Origin: Bellilinea caldifistulae | Lineage (GTDB): Bacteria; Chloroflexota; Anaerolineae; Anaerolineales; Anaerolineaceae | DNA: 32,000 nucleotides | NCBI RefSeq assembly: GCF_001306055.1 | Contig: NZ_LGHJ01000007.1 | Coordinates: 66,645 to 98,644 of the forward strand | Direction of reading: 5' to 3' | Shown: positions 1 through 9,207 of the stretch, piece by piece | How the letters are laid out: every line of letters starts with the position of its first letter | Position numbering within the stretch: the first letter of the stretch is position 1 | The notes under the pieces: model-generated | What the model was told of the DNA's origin: nothing | The model's input: the letters and a program-made list of their open reading frames with translations, nothing else | Databases searched by the model: none | Made by a program: the position numbers and the translations under genes

Positions 1-7
1 AAGCAGG

Positions 8-271
8 TCATTGAGAAACAACACCTTTCATCCGAAGGTAATTCGCCAGATTCCTAACCGAATCGAAGTTGGCCGGAATAATTTCCCGATCCTCGACCCG
101 AACCCCGAATGTCTCTTCGACATAAGCAACAATCTCCATGACGTTCATCGAGTCAACAATACCATTTTCAAGGAATGAGGTCTCTTCAGAGTAAGGATAT
201 CCATCGTTTGTAAACAGAATGTTTTCCGCAATGTAGTCTTTGATCTTTTGTTCAATAGGTTGATTCATCAT
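8..271 (-). CDS. Small acyl/aminoacyl carrier protein (phosphopantetheine-attachment type, ACP/DltC-like), about 87 aa
   Basis: ORF 8..352 on the minus strand. Tandem ATG-ATG at 271/268 is preceded by GGGAG (rc of 276-280), and the upstream gene stops at 303, so the first 27 codons of the track ORF are probably not translated. Carrier-protein serine motif 'NGIVDSMNVMEIVAYVE' sits in an acidic helical protein of ACP size. Confidence 0.75.
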   Translation of the reverse strand: MMNQPIEQKIKDYIAENILFTNDGYPYSEETSFLENGIVDSMNVMEIVAYVEETFGVRVEDREIIPANFDSVRNLANYLRMKGVVSQ

Positions 272-302
272 AAAACTCCCAACGATTGAGGTAGGATGAT
301 GC

Positions 303-1958
303 TTACGACTCGCTTTTCCCGGTTTGCCACTGGAAATGCTGCAGACCGACACTGATCGCTGATTTCATAGTAGAAAAATCAGAGAAGACCATTTTCAGGT
401 ATGTCAAAATAGGGCCAGGTCGAAGTGCCCACTCCCGAAAAGCGCGTTTTTGCCAGTAAAGGAGTTTTTCAGCCGGCAAACCGGGATAATCCAACACGGT
501 GCCTTTGTCCATATCCACCTGTTCCCAACGCGTTCCGGGGCGGAACCAATTTTCCCGAACGACTTCAAAGAAAAACGGCGTTCCAGGATAGGGTGCAGCC
601 ACATGAAACAAGGCGATATCCAGAGGAAGTTTTTTCGAAAACTCGATGGTTTGACGAATTGACTCTTCGGTTTCGGTTGGCAAACCTATAATGAAGTATC
701 CCCAATTCTTGATGCCGGCTTTCCTGGCCCATGTAAGGGATCTCAGAGCAGTTTCCGGATAAGCACCCTTTCGTGCATGACGTAATACTTGCTCGCTGCC
801 CGATTCTATTCCCCAGGTCATCAAGAAACATCCCGCTTTTGCCATCAGATTGAGCATTTCCTCGTCCACGTAATCAACCCGGCTATTGCAAGTCCATTTC
901 ATGTTGATTTTGGCATCAATCATTGCTTTACAAATTCCGATAACCTGATCGCGATTTGCCGTGAACAAATCGGCATACATGTTCACGTTATTAATTCCCA
1001 GTTTTTTCAACACCCACAGTTCTTCAAGAACCTTTTCTGGGGAACGCAAACGAACGGTGTACTGATAACTCACATGCTTGATGCAGTAGATGCAACCAGC
1101 GGTACAGCCACGACTGGTGACAATAAAGGTAAAAGGTCCTTTCATCAAAGGCATGACGTACTTTTTATAGGGCAACATTTCGTGTAGTGGAATCGGGAGA
1201 TCGTCCAGATCCTTGATGAAGGGACGGTTTTTGTTTAATATGATCTCATCCCCCTTGCGCCAAACAATCCCCTTGATTTCATGCATATTGACGGTTCCGT
1301 CTGCATTCAGAGCAGGGCGGTATTCAGGATCGTGCTCATTAATCAATTTTTGTATGAGGGGAGGCCGTTCATCAATTTTCCCTTCTAGATGATCAATCAG
1401 GTCTCGAAGGGTCAAATCCGGTTCTCCGACCAGCCCAATATCCAGAGCGGGGTAGGGGCGCATTGTTTCTACGGGAATCGGTGTGATATGCGTCCCGAAA
1501 ACCATGGTTGTCGCCCCTCTGGCTTTTGCAAGAAAAACACCGTACATGTCATTTTCAAGTGTTGGGGCGGTGAGTTGTGAAAGATAATACTTTGGCTGAT
1601 ATTTTGAGATCAGGTTAGCAAATTCTTTCCAGCCCATTCGTTCTGCATTCGCATCAATAATTTGAACCTTATAGGTAGGCACGAGCAAAGCAGCCATCTG
1701 AGCGAGCGAAACTTGCGGCCACACCATGTTCTCTCTCGTTCGTCGGCCAACCCGATGTTGAGTCCGAATCCACAAGCCACCATCTGGCGTTGGAGGATTG
1801 ACCAGTAAAACATCTACAGCGTCTTTACCACGCGGCTGGCTTAATAGACCGTTACGCACGATGTCATCGGCGTTGGGGAATTTTGCCATTTTCAACGGAG
1901 CTACTCGATGTGCCCCCAGATTTTTGTATTTCATTTCCATTTGCGGCTTTTCGTTCAT
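303..1958 (-). CDS. B12-binding-domain radical SAM enzyme (class B rSAM, BchE/P-methylase-like)
   Basis: 551-aa ORF. The N-terminal 'VLLVNPP...' Rossmann-like region is typical of the cobalamin-binding domain. Radical SAM cluster motif CxxxCxxC is present in 'TSRGCTAGCIYCIKH', followed by 'WGIESGS'. SD GAGAGG lies 7 nt upstream of ATG 1958. Confidence 0.85.
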   Translation of the reverse strand: MNEKPQMEMKYKNLGAHRVAPLKMAKFPNADDIVRNGLLSQPRGKDAVDVLLVNPPTPDGGLWIRTQHRVGRRTRENMVWPQVSLAQMAALLVPTYKVQIIDANAERMGWKEFANLISKYQPKYYLSQLTAPTLENDMYGVFLAKARGATTMVFGTHITPIPVETMRPYPALDIGLVGEPDLTLRDLIDHLEGKIDERPPLIQKLINEHDPEYRPALNADGTVNMHEIKGIVWRKGDEIILNKNRPFIKDLDDLPIPLHEMLPYKKYVMPLMKGPFTFIVTSRGCTAGCIYCIKHVSYQYTVRLRSPEKVLEELWVLKKLGINNVNMYADLFTANRDQVIGICKAMIDAKINMKWTCNSRVDYVDEEMLNLMAKAGCFLMTWGIESGSEQVLRHARKGAYPETALRSLTWARKAGIKNWGYFIIGLPTETEESIRQTIEFSKKLPLDIALFHVAAPYPGTPFFFEVVRENWFRPGTRWEQVDMDKGTVLDYPGLPAEKLLYWQKRAFREWALRPGPILTYLKMVFSDFSTMKSAISVGLQHFQWQTGKSES

Positions 1959-2002
1959 TTTTTTTACCTCTCTAAACCCGTAATAAGTTTGAAACCGAAA
2001 AA

Positions 2003-3208
2003 TTAACCATTCAAATCTTGACGGATAAGTAACTCGCGCTGACTAAGGTCTTCCAAGACCCGCATCAATGCCCAATAGAGAATAAGTTGAACACCAACAA
2101 GAATCATCATTGCGCTGCCAAGCAAGTACAACCAGAGTCTCTCAATTTCCCATCCAGAAATACCTAATGTCAGGCTAACGATACTGAGAACCAAACCGGC
2201 TAAAAAGGTTATGCTGCCTAATAAACCAAACCGGCTTTCCAGGGGCTTTTTAAAAATCGGTTTACCAAACAACCCTTGCCGGATATTCTTTTTGTAAAAA
2301 AGGGACACCAGGTAATTCGACGTTGCACCGAGGGCAAAGAGTGCCACTCCGGTTACTCCTGCAACCATCCCTGCAAACAAAGCGGCCACTCCCCATGGGC
2401 CAATCGTGGTATCCCCGGACAATCGAGCAACAATTAATCCGAAAATTGAGAGTAATGCGAGGAAAACACCTGCCAGTCCCATGATCCCCAAAACCCGAAC
2501 TGGGTTATAGGCCATTACTGTCCACACCATAGATTGAAGGAAAAGCAATCCATCCCGTATAACACTTAACTTGGATCGTCCTATCCGTTCGCTGTATGGG
2601 ATAGGAATTTCACACATGCGAATACCTTCATGAACTGCTCGGGTGCTCATGACAGGCGTTAGATTTAACCCGTTTGGCAAAGGATAAATCTGGGTTAAGA
2701 TTTCTCGTTTTACCACCCGCATTCCGCTTGCCGAGTCGGTAATTTTCTGCCATCCCAGCATGGTCAATAAACCAGCAAAGAAAATATTGCCCACTCGGCG
2801 GGTTGCTGGCATTTGACTTTGTTCGCCTGCCATTCGCGAACCGATGACTAAATCCGCGCCATTGAGAGCTTGTTCACAAAGCAAGGGGAAATATTCGGGC
2901 GGGTAGGTGCCGTCAGCATCTAAGAAACCAATGAGCTCACCTTTAGCTCTGGAAAAGCCGGTCTTTAATGCCCCGCCATAACCTTTGTTGACTTCATGTT
3001 TAATAATGACCACATTGTCATCTTGGTCCGCAATTTTCTGAGCAATAACGGCAGTGTTATCCTTTGAACCATCGTCAACCACCAAAAGCTCGAGATCATC
3101 TATGCCAACTTTTCGGAGAGCCGGTCGAATTGACAGAACTCTTTCCATGATTTCAGCAATACCATTTTCTTCATTATAAGCAGGAATAACAACGGATAAG
3201 GTGCACAC
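2003..3208 (-). CDS. Family 2 glycosyltransferase, polyprenol-phosphate (DPM1/GtrB-like) type with a C-terminal multi-TM domain
   Basis: 401-aa ORF with a GTG start at 3208 and AAGGATGG upstream. GT-A motifs 'VVIPAYNEE', 'VDDGSKDNT' and DxD 'FLDADG' are present. The C-terminal third is hydrophobic, with about 4 predicted TM helices. Confidence 0.85.
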   Translation of the reverse strand: MCTLSVVIPAYNEENGIAEIMERVLSIRPALRKVGIDDLELLVVDDGSKDNTAVIAQKIADQDDNVVIIKHEVNKGYGGALKTGFSRAKGELIGFLDADGTYPPEYFPLLCEQALNGADLVIGSRMAGEQSQMPATRRVGNIFFAGLLTMLGWQKITDSASGMRVVKREILTQIYPLPNGLNLTPVMSTRAVHEGIRMCEIPIPYSERIGRSKLSVIRDGLLFLQSMVWTVMAYNPVRVLGIMGLAGVFLALLSIFGLIVARLSGDTTIGPWGVAALFAGMVAGVTGVALFALGATSNYLVSLFYKKNIRQGLFGKPIFKKPLESRFGLLGSITFLAGLVLSIVSLTLGISGWEIERLWLYLLGSAMMILVGVQLILYWALMRVLEDLSQRELLIRQDLNG

Positions 3209-3222
3209 CTCTTACCATCCTT

Positions 3223-3999
3223 TCAAAAATAAACCTTTTTATCGGCGGATAATTTGACTTCTCCACTCTCTCGAATGACACGGGCAGGAACACCGCCAAC
3301 AACTGTATGGGCGGGAACATCCTTTGTAACAACTGCCCCCGCTGCGACAATAGCCCCCTTTTCAACGCGAACCCCGTCCGTGATAATTGCACCCGCACCT
3401 AGCCAGACATCATCCTCTATGGTGATTCCCTCCGCAGTAATTCCCTGATCTACAAAAGGTAATTCGGGATTGCTGAAAACATGATTGACCGCTAACAATT
3501 GTGTGAACGGTGAGGTGAACACGCGATCTCCAATGTTTACACCCCCTTGCCCTCGAATAACACTGTATTCTCCGATAAGACAATTTTTTCCAATTTTTAT
3601 TCCTGAGTTGGGTATTCCGCGAAAATTATAGACATGCAAGATGGCCCCATGCATTACGATGGTGTTCTCGCCAATTTGAATTCCATTGGGGCAAGCATGA
3701 AGATAAGCCCCCTGGTCGAGGTAAACCCCCTGGCCGAGATGGATTTTGTCTGCAAACCGCAAACGTACCCCATTTTCAATTGCCGCCAGACCATCCATGC
3801 GCATAATCAACCGATATAAAACCGCACGAAGTGCGATTCCGATAATTGTCGGCACCCAACCGACACTCAGGTATAAAAATTGTTCCAAAATATAGCGGAA
3901 CGGATTTGAAGCCTGACGGCTCAAATAAAGACGGATTGAATTATTCTTTGAAGGGGTCAAATTTGAATGATGGTTTTTCAAAAAGGCATGCTCCGCCAT
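3223..3999 (-). CDS. Left-handed beta-helix (hexapeptide-repeat) sugar O-acyl/acetyltransferase with an N-terminal membrane anchor
   Basis: 258-aa ORF. Repeated [LIV]-G-x4 hexapeptide units occur ('[13 protein letters not shown]', '[13 protein letters not shown]', '[27 protein letters not shown]', 'VGGVPARVI'). A hydrophobic helix '[21 protein letters not shown]' lies near the N-terminus. Confidence 0.8.
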   Translation of the reverse strand: MAEHAFLKNHHSNLTPSKNNSIRLYLSRQASNPFRYILEQFLYLSVGWVPTIIGIALRAVLYRLIMRMDGLAAIENGVRLRFADKIHLGQGVYLDQGAYLHACPNGIQIGENTIVMHGAILHVYNFRGIPNSGIKIGKNCLIGEYSVIRGQGGVNIGDRVFTSPFTQLLAVNHVFSNPELPFVDQGITAEGITIEDDVWLGAGAIITDGVRVEKGAIVAAGAVVTKDVPAHTVVGGVPARVIRESGEVKLSADKKVYF

Positions 4000-4102
4000 T
4001 ACGACACAGGATCGTAATGGCTATTGCAGTTATTACCCCTTGCCGGATGGTGTGTTACCTCACACGCATACGGTAGGTTTTTTCGTGAAGAGATAAACCT
4101 TC

Positions 4103-5254
4103 TTACTTTTCGATTAAATGTGCAGCGGCCAAAATGGAGGGGGTTAATGAAGTTGCCATTTTTGAAACATAATCCAGGTCTTCTTTAGAGAATTCGCCAC
4201 CTTGAGGGTGAACAAGGGTGATTGAACCGAGCACCCGATCGTTTACTGATAGCGGAACAGAAACCGCAGATCGGCTCTTGGCAGGATCGCCATCCCAAGG
4301 CCTTCTCAACCACCGTTCATCTTTCGACGTATTACTTACCAGCGCTGGCTTGCGGTTCTTAATTACCCAACCTGCCAAACCGTGCTGGCTGATTTCAGCC
4401 AGTTGTTCCATTGGGGGGTTTGACACCTGACCTTCACGGACAGTCGCACCTGCAATCACATTTCCCTTTTGATCCAGTAAAATCAGTGTTCCACTGCTTG
4501 CTCCAGTGCTACATAATGCAATTTGCAGCATGTAACCCAAACTATGTTCTTCTGTGACAGAGGGAATCATTTTTACATCTGGATTTCCCTCCACATCTTC
4601 ATTGCCGTGAATTGCGCTATCGAATAAAGATTCAGCCAGTGATTTTGGCTCTTTTAGAGGGGTATCAACCGGTTCAGAGAACTGAGAGACCGTAATTTCT
4701 GCCATCCTTAACAATGAATAACAGATGACATGTTCAATCGAAAGGTGCAGGTCCTCGATATGCTGGACATTCTGAGAAGGTACACGAATTTCCAGATTGG
4801 CAATTTTTCCAAGTTTTCCACCGTTGTAACCAGTCATACCTACGGTAAAAGCACCGACCTTATTGGCTAGCTCAACCGCATGGATTACATTCTCAGAATT
4901 ACCACTGGTTGAAATCCCAATGACGATATCATTGGGCTGAACAAAATTTCTTAATTGATCCACAAAAACATTCTCATATCCATGGTCATTTGCAAGGGCT
5001 GAAAAGATGGACATGTTATCGGACAAGCCAATCACCTTGAAACCGGGTAAATCAGGGAAGGCGGTATTTTTGGCCAGGTCACATACAAAGTGAGATGCGG
5101 TAGAAGCGCTTCCGCCATTACCCATGATGAAAATCTGCCGGCCGTTCAATCGCGCATTGTGAAGAATATGCACCAATTGATCAATTTTTTCTGCAGGTAG
5201 TTTCTGAATTGTTTGATCTAACTCTGACATATATTCTCGAATGTACTCGATCAT
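4103..5254 (-). CDS. Fusion protein: N-terminal SIS domain (GmhA-like sedoheptulose-7-phosphate isomerase) plus C-terminal GAF domain
   Basis: 383-aa ORF with SD GGAGGAGG before ATG 5254. N-terminal motifs 'IFIMGNGGSASTASHFVCDL' and 'GISTSGNSENV' are typical of GmhA/SIS. The C-terminal roughly 150 aa ('GASSGTLILLDQKGNV...GLAGWVIKNRKPALVSNTSKDERW...SRSAVSVPLSVNDRVLGSITLVH...FSKEDLDYV') follow the GAF pattern. Confidence 0.8.
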   Translation of the reverse strand: MIEYIREYMSELDQTIQKLPAEKIDQLVHILHNARLNGRQIFIMGNGGSASTASHFVCDLAKNTAFPDLPGFKVIGLSDNMSIFSALANDHGYENVFVDQLRNFVQPNDIVIGISTSGNSENVIHAVELANKVGAFTVGMTGYNGGKLGKIANLEIRVPSQNVQHIEDLHLSIEHVICYSLLRMAEITVSQFSEPVDTPLKEPKSLAESLFDSAIHGNEDVEGNPDVKMIPSVTEEHSLGYMLQIALCSTGASSGTLILLDQKGNVIAGATVREGQVSNPPMEQLAEISQHGLAGWVIKNRKPALVSNTSKDERWLRRPWDGDPAKSRSAVSVPLSVNDRVLGSITLVHPQGGEFSKEDLDYVSKMATSLTPSILAAAHLIEK

Positions 5255-5289
5255 TTCAACCTCCTCCAGACAATGCAGCGTTCAGTCTG

Positions 5290-6264
5290 CTAGCGTCGGT
5301 AATTGAATATGGTTTTTGAACCATCCGGTTCAAGTCGAATGGGTACTTCGCGTAGACCATTCAGCGAACTTCGTACCGCATCACGTTTTTCGTAAGGACA
5401 ATACAGAAGTAAAAAACCACCTCCACCGGCTCCGGTCACCTTACCGCCTAATGCTCCGGCTTTGCGGGCAGTTTTGTAAATCTCCTCGATTTGACCGTTA
5501 CTGATTTTGCTGGCGAGTTGTTTTTTGTATTGCCAGCTTTCGTGAAGTAGAGTCCCGATTACATCAATGTTTCCCTTTTCGAGTTCTTCTTTTGCAACAT
5601 AAGCCAATTCTTTCAACTGACGTAAAGTTTTTTTATTTTCATGAATGTTATCTTGTTGTTCTGAAAGGATGCTTGCCGCTTGTCTTGTAGTACCGGTAAA
5701 GTACAACAGAAGGTTTTCATTCAAACGCGTCATTGAAACTTCATCCAACGGCAATTTATAATTACACACCTCACCGCTGTTTGAAAATTCAAAAAATCGC
5801 AATCCTCCGTAAGCAGCAATATACTGATCTTGCACTCCTATTGGTTTCTTCAGAATGTCAATCTCAATTTCACAAGCCTCTCTGGCCAATTGTTCAGCAT
5901 TGATGGAGCAATTAAGGTAAGTGTACATCGCGTGAAGAGCCCCAACAGTTACGGTACTGGAAGAGCCAAGCCCTGAACCGGAAGGAATATCACCCATGGT
6001 AGTGATCTCCACCCCTTTGGTGATTCCAACTTTTCTCAGGGCTTCACGAATCAATTCATGTTGGAGGTCATTGATGTCTTCAACAATTTCAGTTCGTGTG
6101 TAACCAACGCGCAGAAAATCATCAAACCTGCGCTTTATGGTTACAAAAATGTATTTGTCAATCGCAGATGACAAAACACAACCTCCTTCTTCCATGAAGT
6201 AAGAAGGAAAATCCGTTCCCCCCCCAAAAAAACTGATTCGTAAGGGAGTTTGAACAATAATCAA
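5290..6264 (-). CDS. hddA: GHMP-family sugar kinase, D-glycero-D-manno-heptose 7-phosphate kinase (HddA)-like
   Basis: 324-aa ORF. N-terminus '[18 protein letters not shown]', GHMP motif II '[10 protein letters not shown]' and motif III '[14 protein letters not shown]' are present. The TTG start at 6264 overlaps the stop of the upstream epimerase (TTGA). Confidence 0.75.
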   Translation of the reverse strand: MIIVQTPLRISFFGGGTDFPSYFMEEGGCVLSSAIDKYIFVTIKRRFDDFLRVGYTRTEIVEDINDLQHELIREALRKVGITKGVEITTMGDIPSGSGLGSSSTVTVGALHAMYTYLNCSINAEQLAREACEIEIDILKKPIGVQDQYIAAYGGLRFFEFSNSGEVCNYKLPLDEVSMTRLNENLLLYFTGTTRQAASILSEQQDNIHENKKTLRQLKELAYVAKEELEKGNIDVIGTLLHESWQYKKQLASKISNGQIEEIYKTARKAGALGGKVTGAGGGGFLLLYCPYEKRDAVRSSLNGLREVPIRLEPDGSKTIFNYRR

Positions 6265-7193
6265 TTCACCAGCTCCGTTTGTCTGAAAAACTCGACCGTT
6301 TTACTGAGACCTTGCAGGAGTGAAGTCTTCGGTTTCCAGCCCGTTTCAGCCTGAAATTTGGTACTATCCAGATAAATCCTTCGTGTTTCGCCCAACCTCG
6401 CAGGACCAAATTGAACCTCTTTTGTGTAATGGGTGATTACTTTCAGACCCTCAAAGATTTGAATCACGTTAGTTGGCTGCCCTGTTCCAAGGTTGTATAC
6501 ATAGCCACCGGAATTTAAAGAGAGAGCAAGGCGATTGGCTTCAGCAACATCGTCCACAAAAACAAAATCCCTCTCCTGCAATCCATCACCATGAATAGTA
6601 ACCGCTTCATTGCGAGACATCTGGCCAGTAAATATGGCTACTACGCCGGCTTCACCTTTGGGATCCTGACGAGGACCATACACATTCGGGTAACGAAAAA
6701 CGACATAATCCAATCCATACATCACGCGGTACATGTACAAATAAAGTTCAGTCATGTACTTGGTCGCACCATACTGGCAAATCGGCTGAATGGGATGTTC
6801 CTCGTCGCAAGGAAGATACTTTGGCTCGCCATAAACCGTTCCTCCAGAGGAAGCATAAATGAATTGCCGTACATCATATTTACGAGCGCATTCCAACACA
6901 TTCAGAGATCCCTTCACATTTACATCCGCATCATAGAGAGGGTCAGCGACAGACCGCCGTACATCCATCTGAGCCGCATGATGATTGACAACGTCAGGGC
7001 GCTCCTTCTCGAATATCTGGGAAAGGTTTGAACTGCGAATATCCAGCTGATAGAAAGTGGCTGCAGGATTGATGTTGGTGTATCTGCCGGTCACCAGATT
7101 GTCTACAATGACAACATCATGCCCATCTTGAAGGAGCAAGTCAACTACCGTTGACCCAATAAAACCAGCCCCGCCTGTTACAAGAATTTTCAT
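6261..7193 (-). CDS. NAD-dependent nucleotide-sugar epimerase/dehydratase (GalE-like SDR)
   Basis: 310-aa ORF. It carries the '[14 protein letters not shown]' Rossmann motif and the catalytic YxxxK 'YGATK', and has extended-SDR length. Confidence 0.85.
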   Translation of the reverse strand: MKILVTGGAGFIGSTVVDLLLQDGHDVVIVDNLVTGRYTNINPAATFYQLDIRSSNLSQIFEKERPDVVNHHAAQMDVRRSVADPLYDADVNVKGSLNVLECARKYDVRQFIYASSGGTVYGEPKYLPCDEEHPIQPICQYGATKYMTELYLYMYRVMYGLDYVVFRYPNVYGPRQDPKGEAGVVAIFTGQMSRNEAVTIHGDGLQERDFVFVDDVAEANRLALSLNSGGYVYNLGTGQPTNVIQIFEGLKVITHYTKEVQFGPARLGETRRIYLDSTKFQAETGWKPKTSLLQGLSKTVEFFRQTELVN

Positions 7194-7207
7194 GATGGTT
7201 AGCCTTT

Positions 7208-8722
7208 CTAATATGCGCCGCGTTTGCTGAGTATAGCGGGTATGGTTTGGATGATCAACTGAATGTCCATCCAGATGTTCCAGTTGCGTATGTAATACAT
7301 ATCAAAACGTACCCGTTCTTGGTAACTGACATCCGAACGGCCCGAGACTTGCCATTTTCCGGTGATGCCGGGTTTTACAGTCAGCAGATTGATTCCCCAT
7401 TTTTTATACTCTTCCAATTCAGGGGCTGTAATCATTCGTGGTCCAACCAGGGACATCTCGTTTCTCAGAACATTAAACAATTGAGGAAGCTCGTCCAGAC
7501 TGGTTTTTCTTAAAATCCGGCCTATCCGGGTAATTCGAGGATCGTCTTTGATTTTATGGTATCTGACTAATTCCTCTTTTTTTTCTGGATACTGTTCTAA
7601 AACATCATCCCCATTGATGACCATGGTTCGAAATTTGAAGGCATCAAATTCTTTCCCATTTACTCCCAGAACACGCCTACGATGGATAACCGGGCCGGGA
7701 GAATCCAGTTTAATGGCTACTGCAATGAGTAGAAGCAGAGGGGATATCAATATGAGTAACGGGATAGACACCCCATAATCTAATGCAGCTTTTAGCACTT
7801 GTTCACTACCGGTCAATCTCACTTTGTTGACTTCCACAAGTGGGACCCACGCAAATTCCCGAACGCTCAAACCTGTTGTGATGATCTCGTAAAGGCCGGA
7901 AGATATTCGCAATTTGGCTTTATCCGAGGTTCCGAATTTTTCAAAAATATCCAGTAATTCTTCGCGGCTTAAGGCACTGCTGGTGAGAATCACTTCATCA
8001 ATGCGATGCCTTTCGATCAAGTCCCCCAATTGTCGAATCTCTCCCAAGATTCTAAGTCCTTTATCGTTACCTGTTGGATTGTCGGTATTTGTGACAAAAC
8101 CAAGCAGGCTCAATCCCGAATGACGAACATCGCTCAATTGTTGAGCCATTTCGGCAGATTCCTGGTTGTAACCTACAATTACAGCCCTTGATAAGAAGTA
8201 ACCATAAGTTCTCAAGAAGTAAGCCACACGCCGGAGCAGAAATCTTCCCAACGCCGTAAAGAAAAATGCCGAAAGCCAAGCTATCAAAATCCAACCCCGC
8301 GCAAATACAATGCGAGGCTCAAAATAGCCAACTGCAATGACAATAATCATCGCAAGGGTATTTGCTTCAAACAGCAGATGATATTCTCGCACCCCGCCAA
8401 GTAAGTTCTCCCGTTTATACAGACCCCTCAGTAGAAAAACTGCCAGCCAGGTGGGTATAATCAGTAAAATTAATCCTTCATAATAGTCAACAGATGTCAG
8501 GGCTCTTGGATCGAATATGGGCAAGGTCAACTCAAACCGAATTAAGTAAGCAAACCGGAGACCCAATCCAATATTCAAACCATCGCTGATCAACAATATC
8601 ACACTAAACAGCAACCACTCCCAATAGCGTGAACGAGTTTTGGTAGCAGTAGTAGATAATAAAGTCTTTTCACGGATTTGGTCTTTGGTTAATTCTTTTT
8701 CGGTCAGGTAAGAGGAACGCAT
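7208..8722 (-). CDS. Polyprenyl-phosphate glycosylphosphotransferase (WbaP/WcaJ-type initiating 'bacterial sugar transferase')
   Basis: ORF 7208..8746. I prefer ATG 8722 (AAGGTGG 5 nt upstream) over the GTG at 8746. It has N-terminal TM helices and a central Rossmann-like region. The C-terminal sugar-transferase domain carries 'DELPQLFNVLRNEMSLVGPR' and 'KPGITGKWQVSGRS'. Confidence 0.85.
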   Translation of the reverse strand: MRSSYLTEKELTKDQIREKTLLSTTATKTRSRYWEWLLFSVILLISDGLNIGLGLRFAYLIRFELTLPIFDPRALTSVDYYEGLILLIIPTWLAVFLLRGLYKRENLLGGVREYHLLFEANTLAMIIVIAVGYFEPRIVFARGWILIAWLSAFFFTALGRFLLRRVAYFLRTYGYFLSRAVIVGYNQESAEMAQQLSDVRHSGLSLLGFVTNTDNPTGNDKGLRILGEIRQLGDLIERHRIDEVILTSSALSREELLDIFEKFGTSDKAKLRISSGLYEIITTGLSVREFAWVPLVEVNKVRLTGSEQVLKAALDYGVSIPLLILISPLLLLIAVAIKLDSPGPVIHRRRVLGVNGKEFDAFKFRTMVINGDDVLEQYPEKKEELVRYHKIKDDPRITRIGRILRKTSLDELPQLFNVLRNEMSLVGPRMITAPELEEYKKWGINLLTVKPGITGKWQVSGRSDVSYQERVRFDMYYIRNWNIWMDIQLIIQTIPAILSKRGAY

Positions 8723-8828
8723 AAAGACCACCTTATCGAATTTCACATAAGCCGATTTGGAGAAGTTCTAAAGGATTGATAAATTTCCAAAATTCGGCGA
8801 GATAATAAAATTAATAATCTTTATAAAA

Positions 8829-8856
8829 ATTGTACAACACCCAAAAGCCCAGTCAA
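8829..8856 (-). promoter_or_regulatory. Candidate sigma70-type promoter of the glycan cluster
   Basis: Minus-strand reading is TTGACT (8856..8851), a 16-nt spacer, then TACAAT (8834..8829). This lies about 100 nt upstream of ATG 8722, inside an AT-rich spacer. Confidence 0.4.
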
Positions 8857-9207
8857 TCTTTTATAAACAAATTCTAAAAAAAGAATAAGAAATACCAAAC
8901 CAACTATAAGAATTGATGCGTAAAAAAGTATTATGAAAAGTTCAGAAAAAAGGGGGAGGGGGGATTAATAGATTAAATGCCACGAATAATAAAGTCTTTT
9001 TGGCAGTTTTTTCCCGATCGAAACCATTCAAAAATGTGTTTAAATCACGTGAAAAACGATTCGATGAATCAAAAATGAGCCAATGGGGCATGGATCGGAT
9101 AAAATATATACCCAATATAATATATCTTATCATGGGTTATACAAATGTTTTACCCTTTTTGTGTGTCCAAATGGGTCTATTTAGCCACAATTCGGCTTAG
9201 GAATCTT

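Noticed and set aside
404-1187. Several 60-130-aa ORFs (404..604, 425..691, 450..662, 565..831, 789..1187) overlapping the radical SAM gene
   Set aside because: They lie antisense or out of frame within a gene with strong motif support. They have no SD or family resemblance and their composition is low-complexity or Arg/Ser-rich, typical of shadow ORFs.
6591-7031. 146-aa plus-strand ORF antisense to the epimerase gene
   Set aside because: It is a shadow ORF opposite a well-supported SDR gene and has no recognisable motifs. The same reasoning applies to 14219..14641, 17167..17568, 24579..24968, 27122..27523 and 30479..30829.
8952-8963. GGGGGAGGGGGG purine run as a possible G-quadruplex
   Set aside because: Only two G-tracts are present, and a canonical intramolecular G4 needs four.
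8942-9200. 63-aa (minus) and 66-aa (plus) ORFs in the AT-rich spacer
   Set aside because: They overlap each other on opposite strands in AT-rich DNA, have no SD, and are Lys/Ile/Phe/Asn-rich as expected from composition alone.
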